Shown here piece after piece: positions 47,369 through 60,559 of a DNA stretch of 64,000 nucleotides (the stretch's first letter is position 1; every line of letters begins with the position of its first letter). Below the pieces are notes generated by a model, which made no database searches, was not told the origin of the DNA, and saw nothing but the letters and a program-made list of their open reading frames with translations. A program made the position numbers and the translations under genes. This DNA comes from Mobula hypostoma (Eukaryota), in contig NC_086101.1 in assembly GCF_963921235.1 (NCBI RefSeq), forward strand, positions 11,098,001 to 11,162,000, written 5' to 3'.

Positions 47369-50300
47369 GTGAGTATTATTGCCATTTGTACCACGGTGTA
47401 GTGGGAAGCTTTTGTTTTGCATGCCATCCAGATCGATCATTTCATACACAAGTATAGTGAGGTAGTAATAAGAAAACAATGTGGAACATAGTGCTGTTGT
47501 TGCAGAGAAATTACAGTGCAAGTAATTACACAATTACACAATAAGTTGTGAGGGCTGTATTGAGTTAGACTGGGGCTACAAGTGTTCATATCTCAGTGTG
47601 TGAGATGTCCATTCAGGAGTTTGATAACCATGGCATAGAAACTGTCCTCGAGTCTTGTGGTCCGTGCTCTTGGGGCTTTGTATATTCTGCTCAGTGGGAA
47701 AGGGGAAAAGAGAGAATGACAAGGGTGGGTGGGGTCGGTGATTATATCGGCTGCTTTCCCAACCCAGTGGGAAGTGTAGACAGAATCAGTGGAAGAGTCT
47801 GGTTTGCATGAAGGACAGGTTTTTTTCACAACTCTTCAATTTCTTCTCAAACCTTAGTCACAGAGACATAGAGAAGTCCAACACAGAAACAGGCCCTTCG
47901 GCCCATGTAGTCATGCTGGACCACTTAAATTGCCTACTCCCATCGACTTGCACTGGGACCATGGCCCTCCACCCCCCTGCCAACCATGTACAGTACCTAA
48001 CCAAACTTCTCTTCAACATTGAAATCGACCTTGCATGCTCTGCTTGTGTTGGCAGCTTGTTCCACACTCTCAGGAACCTCCGAGTGAAGAAGTTTTCCCT
48101 CAGAAGCTCATTAAACTTTTCACCTTTCACCCTTAACTCATGAACTCTGGTTGTAGTCTCACCCAACCTCAATGGAAAAAGACTGCTTGCATTTACCCTA
48201 TCAATACAGCTCATTATATTGTATACATCTGTCAAATCTTCTGTCAGTCCTCTGCGTTCCAAGGAAAGAAGTCCTAACCTATTCAATCTTTCCTCAACTC
48301 AGATCCTCCAGACCTGATAACATTTTTGTAAAGTTTCTCTCTACTCTTTCAAACTTATTTACATCTTTCCTGTAGGTGGGTGACCAAAATTGTACACAAT
48401 ACTCCAAATAATACAACTTCAACATCGCAACCCATCTCCTGTAGTCAAAACTTTCATATATGAAATATCTTCAAGTCAAGAAAAGTCAAGTTACTTTTAT
48501 CGTCATTTCGACCATAACGGCTGGTACAGTACACAGTAAAAACGAGACAACTTTTTTCAGGACCATGGTGCTACATGAAACAATACAAAACTACGCAAAA
48601 ACTACACTAGACTGCAGACCTACCCAGGACTGCATAAAGTGCACAAAAACAGTGCAGACATTACAATAATTAATAACAAACAAGACAATAGCACAGTAGA
48701 TGGCAGAAGGTTGGTGTCAGTCCAGGCTCTGGGTATTGAGGAGTCTGATGGCTTGGGGGAAGAAACTGTTACACAGTCTGGTCGTGACAGCCCGAATGCT
48801 TCGGTGCCTTTTGCCAGATGGCAGGAAGGAGAAGAGTTTGTATGAGGGGTGCATGGGGTCCTTCATAATGCTGTTTATCTTGTGCCCTCCCTCCTACACC
48901 AACTCCTTAGCCAAATGTTAAAGGGTGTAATCTTCCTTTTTTTGTTCTCAATAACATTTGGCATGGGTAGCAATCCTGAGATCATAACCCTGGATGTCCT
49001 GCCCTTTAACTTGGCACCTAACTCCCTGAACTCACTTTGCAGAACAGCGTCACTCTTCCTACCTATGCCATTGGTGCCTACATTGACCATAACCTCTGGC
49101 TGTTGACCATCCAACTTTGGAATGCTGAGGACTCGATCCAAGATGTCCAGGAGCTTGGCACCTGGGACGCAACATAACATCCAGGAATCTTGTTTTCATC
49201 CGCAGAACCTCTTTTCAGTTCTCCTAGGTAAACAATAGACAATAAGTGCAGGAGTAGGCCATTCTGCCTTTCGAGCCAGCACCGCCATTCACTGTGATCA
49301 TGGCTGATCATTTACAATCAGTACCCCGTTCCTGCCTTCTCCCCATATCCCCTCACTCCGCTATCATTAAGAGCTCTATCTAACTCTTTCTTGAAAGCAT
49401 CCAGAGAACTGGCATCCACTGCCATCTGAGGCAGAGCATTCCACAGATCCACAACTCTCTGGGTGAAAAAGTATTTCCTCAACTCCGTTCAAAATGGCCT
49501 CCCCTTGTACTCAAATTGTGGCCTCTGTTTCTGGACTCCCTCAACATCGGGAACATGTTTCCTGCCTCTAGCGTGTCCAATCCCTTAATAATTTTATATG
49601 TTTCATCAGATCCCTTCTCATCCTTCTAAATTCCAGTGTATACAAGCCCAGTTGCTCCAGTCTTTTAATGTATGACAGTCCCGCCATCCCGGGAATTAAC
49701 CTTGTGAACCTCTGCTGCACTCTCTCAATATCAAGAATGTCCTTCCTCAAATTTGGAGACCAAAATTGTAAACAATACTCCAGCACGAGGACATCTGCAG
49801 ATGCTGGAATTTCAGGCAACACACATAGAAGTTGATGGTGAACGCAGCAGGCCAGGCAGCATCTCTAAGAAGTGGTACAGTCGACATTTCGGGCCGAGAC
49901 CCTTCGTCAGTCCTGACGGTACCCCACTAGTCACTGCCTGCCATTCTGAAAGGGACCCGTTAATCCCAACTCTTTGTTTCCTGTCTGCCAATCAATTTTC
50001 TATCCATGTCAGTACCCTACCCCCAATACCACGTGCTCTAATTTTGACCATTAATCTCCTATGTGAGACCTTATCAAAGGCTTTCTGAAAGTCCAGGTAC
50101 ACTTCATCCACTGACTCTCCCCTGTCCATTTTCATAGTTACATCCTCAAAAAATTCCAGAAGATTAGTCAAGCACGATTTCCCCCTTCATAAATCTATGC
50201 TGACTCGGACCAATCCTGTTACTGCTATCCAAATGTGCTGCTATTTCATCCTTTATAATTGACTCCAGTATCTTCCCCACCACTGATGTCAGGCTAACTG

Positions 50301-51318
50301 GTCTATAATTCCCTGTTTTCTCTCTTCCTCCCTTCTTAAAAAGTGGGATAACATTAGCTACCCTTCAGTCCTCAGCAACTGATCCTGAATCTATAGAACA
50401 TTAGAAAATAATTACCAATGCATCCACGATTTCTAGAGCCACCTCCTTAAGTACCCTGGGGTGCAGACCTTCAGGCCCTGGGGATTTATCAGCCTTCAGT
50501 CCCATCAGTCTATCCGAAACCATTTTCTGTCTAATGTGAATCTCCTTCAATTCCTCCATTACCCTAGGTCCTCCGGCCACTATTACATCTGGGAGATTGT
50601 TTGTGTCTTCCCTAGTGAAGCCAGATCCAAAGTACCTGTTCAACTTGTCTGCCATTTCCTTGTTCCCTGTAATAAATTCACCCGTTTCTGTCTTCAAGGG
50701 CCCAACTTTGGTCTTAACTAATATTTTCCTCTTCACATTCCTAAAGAAGCTTTAACTATCCTCCTTTATATTCTTGGCTAGCTTGCCTTCGTATCTTATC
50801 TTTTCTCCCCGTATTGCCTTTTTAGTTATCCTCTGTTGCTCTTTAAAAGTTTCCCAATCCTCTGGCTTCCCGCTCATCTTTGCTATGTTATACTTTTTCT
50901 CTTCTATTTTTATACTATCCTTGACTTCCCTTGTCAGCCACGGTCACCCCTTACTCCCCTTAGAACCTTTCTTCCTCTTTGGAATGAAGTGATCCTGCAG
51001 CTTCTGTATTATTCCCAGAAATACCTGCAATTGTTGTTCCACTGTCACCCTGCTAGGGTATCTTTCCAGTCAACTTTGGCCAGTCCTCCCTCATGACTCC
51101 ATAGTCCCCTTTGTTCAACTGTAATACTGACACTTCCGATTTTCCCTTCTCCCTCTCAAATTGTAGTTGAAAACTTATCATATTATGGTCACTACCTCCT
51201 AATGGCTCCTTTACCTCGAGTTCCCTTATCAAATCTGGTTCATTACACAACACTAAATCCAGAATTGCCTTCTCCCTGGTAGGCTCCAGTACAAGTTGCT
51301 CTAAGAATCCATCCAGGA

Positions 51319-52488
51319 CAGCGGTCCCCAACCACCGGGCCGCGGAGCATTTGCTACCGGACCACGAGGAAACGATATGATTTGGCGATATGAGTCAGCT
51401 GCACGGTTCCTCATTCCCTGTCACGCACTGTTGAGCTTGAACACAGGCGAGGTCATTAACAGCGCGTCATCCATGTCAGCGAGGGAAGAAGATCAACTCC
51501 TTGAGCTTGCAAGTGATGGCGGGCTGAAAAGTATGTTTGACATAACATCTCTGCCGGCATTCTGGATCAAAGTCAAGGCTAAATATCCTGAGATAGCCAC
51601 GAAAGAACTGAAAACGTTGCTTCCATTTCCAACATACCGCTGCAATGAATGCGATGAAAACTAAATAGACTGGACATAAGGAACCTCCTTCAAGTATCAC
51701 TGTCTCCCATCACCCCTCGATAGGACCGTCTTGTTGCAGGGAAACAAGCCCAGAGCTCCCACTGATTTAGCGATATTGGTGTGTTGCAATGATTTTATAT
51801 GTTCATACGGGGAAAATATATGCTGTGTGTTTAATATCCAAATGTTACTTAAAATGTTATGATGCCATTGACTGATAGTGACTTATATAACCATATAACA
51901 ATTACAGCACAGAAATAGGTAATCTCGGCCCTTCTAGTCCATGCCGAACGCTACTCTCACCTCGTCCCACCGACCTGCAATCAGCCCATACCCTTCCATT
52001 TCTTTCCTGTCCATATACCTATCCAATTTTTCTTTAAATAATATCGAACCTGCCTCTACCACTTCTACTGGAAGTTCCTTCAACACTTACTTCAAGCTCC
52101 CCGTCCTCCCCTGATGATTGACTTATCACTATATTCATGCGAGGAAAATATGCGCTGTGTTTTTAATATTAAATTCATTAGATAATCCCTTTTAGAAACG
52201 AAATTGAGTGTATTAGCCCCTTATTACCAATATTCCGGTCGCGATGAACACCCCCCCGCCCCCGAACAGAATCGCCAAAAACGCTTTGCAGAGAATAATA
52301 TCGGCAGGTACACGCATGCGCACTGGTGCCCGCACAAGGCTTCATGGTCATTGTAGTCTTTCTTTGACTGCTACTCTTGTCCATTGGCAACCCTACCCGC
52401 ACCGCCCCCCCACCCCCTCCTGGCCAGTCCGCAAGAATATTGTCAATATTAAACCAGTCCGCAGCGCAAAAAAGGTTGGGGACCCCTG
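51319..52488 (+). mobile_element. Non-autonomous hAT (Buster/Charlie-like) element, unit 2 only
   Basis: TIRs CAGCGGTCCCCAACC and GGTTGGGGACCCCTG, 8-bp TSD ATCCAGGA/ATCTAGGA, and a dimerisation-domain remnant FWIKVKAKYPEIA..LLPFPT. A CR1 tail fragment is nested near 51885-52085. Confidence 0.92.
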
Positions 52489-53395
52489 ATCTAGGAGGCA
52501 CTCCACAAACTCCCTTTCTTGGGGTCCAGTACCAACCTGATTTTCCCAGTCTACCTGCATGTTAAAATCCCCCATAACAACCGTAGCATTACCTTTGCGA
52601 CATGCCAATTTTAACTCTTGATTCAACTTGCACCCTATAGCCAGGCTACTGTTTGGGGGCCTGTAGATAACTCCCATTAGGATCTTTTTGCCCTTACAAT
52701 TTCTCAGTTCTATCCATACTGACTCTACATCTCCTGATTCTATGTCACCCCTCGCAAGGGACTGAATTTCGTTCCTCACCAACAGAGCCACCCCACCCCC
52801 TCTGCCCACCTGTCTGTCCTTTTGATAGGACGTATACCCTTGAATATTTATTTCCCAGCCCTGGTCCTCTTGCAGCCATGTCTCTGTTATTCCTACAACA
52901 TCATACTTGCCAATTTCCAACTGAGCCTCAAGCTCATCCACTTTTATTTCTTGTACTTCGTGCATTAATATATAATACTTTTAATCCATTACTCCCTCAC
53001 CTTTCACATCGATTCCTATTGCAATTGGCCATTCTCTCCGATCCCTTCCTGAGCTTTCTGCCCCGTTAATTCTGTTGTCTTTCTTAACTTTCCTTATTCT
53101 CTCTTTCCCTTTAATTCCATCCTTATATTTCCTCTCCTCCCCCCCCACTACTTAGTTTAAACACACCCGTGTAGTAGTGGAAAACCTGCCTGCCAGAATG
53201 CTGGTACCCCTCCTGTTAAAGTGCAACCAGTCCCTTTTGTACAATCATCCTTGCCCCAAAACAGATCCCAGTGGTCTAAGAATCTAAATCCCTGCTTCCT
53301 GCACCAGCTCCTCAGCCACACATTCGGATCCCTTATCTCCCTGTTCCTGCCCTCAACAGCACAAGGAACTGGAAGCAAACCGGACATAACCGGTT

Positions 53396-53706
53396 TGGAA
53401 TCTCATGTGGATAGGGTGGTGAAGAAAGCTTTTGGTATGCTGGCCTTTATAAATCAGAGCATTGAGTATAGGAGTTGGGATGTAATGTTGAAATTGTACA
53501 AGGCATTGCTGAGGACAAATTTAGAGTATTGTGTACAGTTTTGGTCACCAAATTATAGGAAAGATGTCAACAAAATAGAGAGAGTACGGAGAAGATTTAC
53601 TAGAATGTTACCTGGGTTTCATCACCTAAGTTACAGAGAAAGGTTGAACAAGTTGGGTCTTTATTCTTTGGAATGTAGAAGGTTGAGGGGGGACTTGATA
53701 GAGGTA
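53396..53706 (+). mobile_element. ~310-bp CR1 fragment (copy b) inside the ORF1 region of a minus-strand CR1
   Basis: Homologous to 40149-40459 and 46194-46504. It ends at gaggtac, where minus-strand CR1 5' sequence appears to resume. Confidence 0.85.
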
Positions 53707-54119
53707 CTTCAAATCCAACTCCTTAACACAGAGTGTTCGAAACCACGGCTGGATGCACTTCTCGTAGTTGTAGTTGTTGGGCTCCCTGTAAGTGGAACAT
53801 TCAACTATCCTGCCTGGCATCCCAGTTGTTCTATCTGAGAAAATATAAAGAAAGAAAAACAATAATAAGCTATGGGAAAATAATTATCTACAGCTTTTCA
53901 TTTTCTCTCACAAAAGCCTCTCCTCAGTGAAGCCTCGAAGAGCTGAAGCCTCAAAATCCCAATTCTATCTCTGTCTGCTCCACCGACGGTCATTCCAACA
54001 ATGGCTGCTCCACTTTCCCCAGCCTTATTTTAGTTTCTTCTTGTCAATCAATCCCGAATGCTGTGCTTCTCAAAGCTCCAATCTGCCCCGAGCTGCTGTC
54101 TTTTCTACTTAATTGGTGA

Positions 54120-56606
54120 ATCACTCCCCTCAATAACTAGTATACCACTCTGAGTGGTGTTGGGGGAATGACCTACTGGGGATAGGCACAGTGACCAGGG
54201 CTCTGGCACTGAGTCTGGTTCTGGGACTCAGAAGGGAAGGGGGTAGAAGATGAGTACAGTAGTGATCGGGGATTAGGGCTGAGGATGGTGCAGTTGCTAC
54301 ACAAGCAAAGGCAGTGTGTAATAAAATTCCAGGAATGACAGACAGATAATAGGGCAGCATTTTAGTCAGTGCAATGAGTTGCAGTGTAACGGGGGATGAA
54401 ATCGAAAAGGATTATGAATACGGGACAGATGGATTTATGTAGGAATGCATGCAGTATATGAAATAAGGTAAATGATCTTGTAACTCAGTTAGAGACTGGC
54501 AGGTATGACATTGTGGGCATCACTGAATCGTAGCTGAGAGAAGATTTTAGTGGGGAACTTATCATCCACAGATTCACATTGTATTAAAAGGAAAGCCAGG
54601 TAGGCAGAAGGGGTGGTGTGTCTCTGCTGATAAAAATGAAATCAAATCCTTAGAAAAAGGTGACATAGGATCTGAAGAAGTAGAATCGATGTGGGTAGAG
54701 TTAAGGAACTGCAAGGGTAAAAAGACCATGTTAGGAGTTATATACAGGCCTCTGTTCAGTAGCCAGGATATGAGCTACAGTGGAGTAAAGAGAATTAGAG
54801 TCATGATACAGGAGCTGGCCAGAGTTGATTGGAATGGGACACGAGCAGAGATGATGGCAAAGCAGCAATGGCTGGAGTTTCTGGGAGCAATTCAGAAGGC
54901 TCAGGATTGATGCAGTACATCCCAGAGAAGTACTGTAAAGACAGGATGACACAACCATGACACAGTTAAAACAAAAGAGAGGGCATATGATAGAACAAAA
55001 ATTATTGGGAACTTAGAGGACTGGAAAGCTTTTTTTAAAAAAAAACAACCAACGTAAGGCAACTAAAGAAGACGTAAGGAATAAAAAGATGAAATATGAA
55101 GGTAAGCTAGCCAGTCGATGATACCAAAAGTTCTTTCAGATATATAAAGAGTAAATGAGAGGTGAGAGTAGATATTGGCCTGCTGTAAAATGACTCTGGA
55201 GAGGGAATATTGAGGGAAAGGGAAATGATGGATGAACTGAAGAAGGATTTTGCATCAGTTTTCACTATGGAAGACCCTAGCAGCGTGCTGGATATTTGAG
55301 ACTGTCGGGGACAGAAGTGAGTGAAATTGTCATTATGAGGGAGGAGGTGCTTTGCGAACATGAAAGGCCTGAAGGAAGATCAATCCCTTGGACCTGATGG
55401 ACTACACTTGAGGGTTCTAAAATAGGTAGGAACATAGAAAACCTACAGCACAATACAGGTCCTTCGGCCCACAATGCTTGATACATATTGGTTCCAACAA
55501 CATAGATATGAAAGCGGATAAGATCTGGAAGAGAGGAGGGGGCTAGGTAGAAAGCTGAAAAACAGGACTTCAAGGATAGTTTTCTCTGGATTGCTACCTG
55601 TGGCAAATGCTGGTGAAAGGAAGAATTCATCAGATGAATATGTGGCTGAGGAATTGGTATACCAGGGAGTATAACAGTTTTCTGGATCATTGGGATTCCT
55701 TCTTGGGGAAGGTATGACCTGCAGAAAAATGACTGGTTACACCTGAACTCGAGGGGAACCAAAAACCTTGTGGGCAGGTTTACTAGAGTGGTTGAGTGTT
55801 TGAACGAGACTGACAGGGAAATGGGAACCGGAGTGATGGAACAGATGATGGAGTAGTAGGTGTAAAGGTAGATGCAATGTGCAGATAGACGGAGGAAGAA
55901 TACAGAGTAGATTGGGCATAATTGCAGTTGGTTTGATGGGTTAATGTGTGTCTATTCTAATATCAGAAGTATCGGGAACAAGGCTGATGAGCTTCGAGTG
56001 TGGGTCAGTACATGGAACTACAATGTTGTGGCCATTACAGAGACAGAGACTTGGCTATCACAAGGGCAAGAATTGTTGCTGGATGTTCCAGTGATTAGAT
56101 ATTTCAAAAGGGGCGGGGGTGGTGAACGAGGTGGGGGATTGGCATTGCAAATTAGGGATCGTATCACAGCTGCAGAAATGGAGGGTGTCATGGAAGGATT
56201 GTCTACTGAGTCAGTGAGGGTGGAAGTTTGAAACAGGACGGGGACAATCCCTCTATTCAGAGTATTCTATAGACCCTCCAAAAAGCAACAAGGACGCTGG
56301 GGAACAGATCGGGAGGCAGATTTTTAAAAGGTGCAAACATAACAGGGTTGTTGTCATGGGAACTTTAATTTGCTGAACATTGATTGGCACCTGCTTGGTG
56401 CAAGAGGATTAGATGGGGTGGAATTTGTTCGGTGTGTTCAGGAAGGATTAGTGCAGTCTGTTAACAGGCTGACTACAGATACTCACCGAGGAGGGAGCTC
56501 AGTGAATTTGGCTGAATGTTGAGATATGGGGATTGTCTTCTGAGGAAAGATTGATCAGGTTGGACCATGGTCCCTGGAAAATGAGAATATTTGGCAGTGA
56601 AACAAG
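54120..56606 (+). mobile_element. Heavily deleted CR1 ORF1/ORF2 relics
   Basis: MWVELRNCKGKKTMLGVIYRP (54689..54910), CVYSNIRSIGNKADEL..AITET (55944..56231) and esterase remnants. Confidence 0.75.
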
Positions 56607-57303
56607 TGTAGCCCCCTGCGGCCACCCTCAGGGTCGCTCGGCTCGCTGTTGTCTAGGGAAACAGCCTCGGCCCCGGCAAACTGGGTAATTCGTTTGTGTG
56701 GATGCTGTGTGAGGTACCCCACCCCGCCCAATTAACAGACAATACACCAGATGCAATTAAATGATTTACAGTTTATAGATATTACTGGAACTATATAATT
56801 AAAAGAGAATAAAATATAAAAGGAAAATAAAAGGCGCCACACTTATCAAAGTTCAATCTCTTCGTGCACAAAAACCGTTGGAGCTCAAGGACCTTCTTCT
56901 TCACCCTGCGACCCCCTCGGACCACCTCGACCGGCCGCCTGGGACCAACAACGGTGGTCGACCAGATGCTCCACACAAGTCCGACTCCATTTCCTCGCCG
57001 AATGTCCTGCTCGGGGTCCGACCCCTTTAGCGGACTCACAGCACCTGGTCCATCCTCTGTCTTGCTCTCCCACCTTCTGCCCCCAAACCCCCTCGCAAAC
57101 AGTATCTTCAAATACACCAAAACCATAACAACTAGCCCAATTGGTTAATAGCACTCTCTTATCAAACTCTAAAGCAAAAACAAACTGCTAGCGCAAAGTT
57201 TTTCAGCGTTTAACGCAACAAAGCCGCATTCCCCAGATTAACATAACAAAGACGCCATTTTAAATAGCCTCCGCAGTAACATAAAAGTCGAAACCCCCTT
57301 ACA
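56607..57303. mobile_element. Solo LTR, 697 bp
   Basis: Starts TGTA and ends TACA, flanked by a 4-bp direct repeat CAAG (56603-56606 and 57304-57307), with no internal coding region. Confidence 0.8.
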
Positions 57304-57534
57304 CAAGTCTGAGATGAGAGGACCAAATCACAAATGAGAAAATCTGCAGATACTGGAAATCCAAGCAACACACACATAATGCTGGAGGAAGTCAGCAGGC
57401 CAGGTAGCATCAATGGGAAAAAGTACAGTTGACATTTCGGGTGAGGCTGTGCTGAGAATGCTGTGCAGAGCTTTGTTCTTATTGCCTAAAACAAGATATT
57501 GTAACAATGTAGTCTGTCCAAAGGAGTACATTCA

Positions 57535-58525
57535 GATTGGAGGATTGTGACTAGTGGTGTCCCACAAGGATCTGTTCTGGGACCTCTACTTTTCATGATT
57601 TTTATTAACGACCTGGATGTGGGGGTAAAAGGGTGGGTTGGCAAGTTTGCAGATGACACAAAGGTTGGTGGTGTTGTAGATAGTGTAGAGGATTGTCAAA
57701 GATTGCAGAGAGACATTGATAGGATGCAGAAGTGGGCTGAGAAGTGGCAGATGGAGTTCAACCCGGAGAAGTGTGAGGTAGTACACTTTGGAAGGACAAA
57801 CTCCAAGGCAGAGTACAAAGTAAATGGCAGGATACTTGGTAGTGTGGAGGAGCAGAGCGATCTGGGGGTACATATCCACAGGTGGATAGGGTATTTAAGA
57901 AAGCTTATGGGGTGTTAGCTTTCATAAGTCGAGGGATAGAGTTTAAGAGTCGCGAGGTAAAGATGCAGCTCTATAAAACTCTGGTTCTGGTTAGGCCACA
58001 CTTGGAGTACTGTGTCCAGTTCTGGTCGCCTCACTATAGGAAGGATGTGAAGGCATTGGAAAAGGTACAGAGGAGATTTACCAGGATGCTGCCTTGTTTA
58101 GAGGGTATGCATTATGATCAGAGATTAAGGGAGCTAGGGCTTTACTCTTTGGAGAGAAGGAGAATGAGAGGAGACATGATACAGGTGTACAAGATAATAA
58201 GACGAATGGATAGAGTGGATAGCCAGCGCCTCTTCCCCAGGGCACCACTGCTCAATACAAGAGGACATGGCTTTAAGGTAAGGGGTGGGAAATTCAAGCG
58301 AGATATTAGAGGAAGGTTTTTTACTTAGAGAGTGGTTGGTGTGTGGAATGCACTGCCTGAGTCAGTGGTGGAGGCAGATACACTAGTGAAGTTTAAGAGA
58401 CTACTAGACAGGTATATGGAGGAATTTAAGTTGGGGGCTTATATGGGAAGCAGGGTTTGAGGGTCGGCACAACATTGTGGGCCGAAGAGCCTGTACTGTG
58501 CTGTACTTTTCTATGTTCTATGTTG
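57535..58525 (+). mobile_element. CR1 RT 3' fragment
   Basis: ORFs 57547..57918 and 57882..58328, with a (ctatgtt) tail. It is an inverted copy of 61885-62890. Confidence 0.9.
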
Positions 58526-60559
58526 GGTAGGCTTACCAGATTAATAACTGTGAGAGTTATCACATCATGAGAGATCAGATAGTTTGGTTACTTTTTCCCT
58601 TGTAGTTTAGAAAACAATGATTGAACTTGTCTGTTCAACTAACACCCACATTGGGCTTCATAGGGCAGATACAGAGGTTTCCATTAGATAACAGTACAGC
58701 TCAGCACAGAACAGGCTCCTTGGCCAACAATATCAGTGGCAACCAAAATGCCAAATACAACTAATCCCATGTAACTGCATGTGATTCATATCCCTCCATT
58801 CCCTGCTTGTACTTTTTCCTGTCTGAATATATTTTAGACATTTCATTTGTACCCACTTCTCTCAGTTATCTTGTGACACATTCCAGACAATTTCCTCCTT
58901 CCCCCTAATCCTATGTCCAAGTACAAGATTTCCACTGGAGGAGAAAGCACTGACTAACTAGCCTATGTATGCCTATCATATTTAAAATACTGTACATCAA
59001 TCAGGATGCCCGTCGGCCTCCAACACTCCAGAGAAAACAATTTATTTGTCCAACTTTGCGCTGTACTTAAAACTCTAAGACAACATTCTATTAAACCAGT
59101 TCTGCGCTCTCTCCTCCACTGCCCTCACATACCTTCTGTAATGTGGAACACAGAATATTCCAGTTGTGACCTGACTAAAGTTTTGTGCTGCTGCAACATG
59201 ACTTCCAGGCTTTTCTGATCGACGTCCCAACGGGTGAAGGCAACGGTGCTGTAAGCACCTTTATCACCCTATTTACCTGCACACTTTCAGGGTGCTATGA
59301 ACTTGCACCATACGATTGTGCTGTAAATCAGTGCTTTTGAAAATATGGAATAGTACAGATTAGCAACAAGTTTTTTACTCTCAATGTCTATACCGTATTA
59401 AGCTAATCCCTTCCACCTGTACATGATCCACATCCCTTCATTCCCTGCACATTCATATGTCTATCTGAAAGTATCTTGGATGCCACTGTCATAACTGCTT
59501 CCAACACTATCCCTATCAGCTTGTTTCAGGCACATGCTGCTCTCTGTTTAAAAAAAATATACCCTGCATATGCCTTTAAACTTTTTCCTCCCACTGAGAG
59601 GACAAGTTTCTGACTGCCTTCCTTATCTACACCTCTCATAACTTTTTAAACCTCTGTCAGGCGTCCCTCCAGCCTGTGATCCTCCAGAGAAAGCAATCCA
59701 AGTTTGTCTAACTTCTGGTTATAGCTCATAACTTCTAATCCCAGCAATAAGTACATTTCATGTCAAAGAAATGTATACAATATACATCATGAAATTCTTT
59801 TTCTTCACAAACATCCATGAAAACAGAGGAGTGCCCCAAAGAATGAATGACAGTTAAATGTTAGAACCCCAAAGCCCTCTCCCAGCTCCCCTCCCACACA
59901 TAAGCAGCAGCAAAGAAGTTATCATCCCCCTCCCCTACCAGCAAAAAAGCATCGGCAACCCCACCGGACACTCAAGTGTGCAGCGAAGTATCAATAAAGA
60001 CACAAACTTGCAGTATCCCATAGACTACTCATTCACCCAGTATTCGACATACCACAGGCTGTCTCTCTCCTTAATAAGGGAAAAAAGAGGTGTCCTCGTT
60101 TCACAGCAAGAGGGGAGATATAACAAAACAACTTGCTGATTTATGGTATTAAAAGTCTGTTGCGTCGCTTTTTCTGAGCTCTGTGCCCAAAGAACTTGGG
60201 TCTCTGGGCACACGTAGCCAGCAGCCAGCTCACTGCTTTCGATCTTCCATCTCCCACAACATACCAGGTGGCAGCATCAAATCGAATCCACTGGCCTCCA
60301 GAGCCACAAAAATCCGGCACCCTGAAGGCACGCTAGTCTTCTCGGCCGTGTCCTTGGCATGTCGCTCTCCTCTCCTTGTAGCTGATGCCTTCCAATCCAG
60401 GCAGCATCCTGGTACACCTCTTCCATATCCTCTCCAAAGACACCATATCCTTCCTGGAATGGGGCAGGCAGAATTGCACATAAAATTCCAATTACTGCCT
60501 AGACAAAGTTTTATACTACTACTACTCTTCCTCCTTCCTCCATTTCATTGTAAATAATG

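Larger units (their letters stand above)
46194..53395 (+). repeat. Tandem duplication unit 2 (7202 bp including a hAT insertion)
   Basis: About 95% similar to unit 1 by eye. The identical chimeric junction recurs at 46181-46200 and 53383-53402. Confidence 0.93.
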
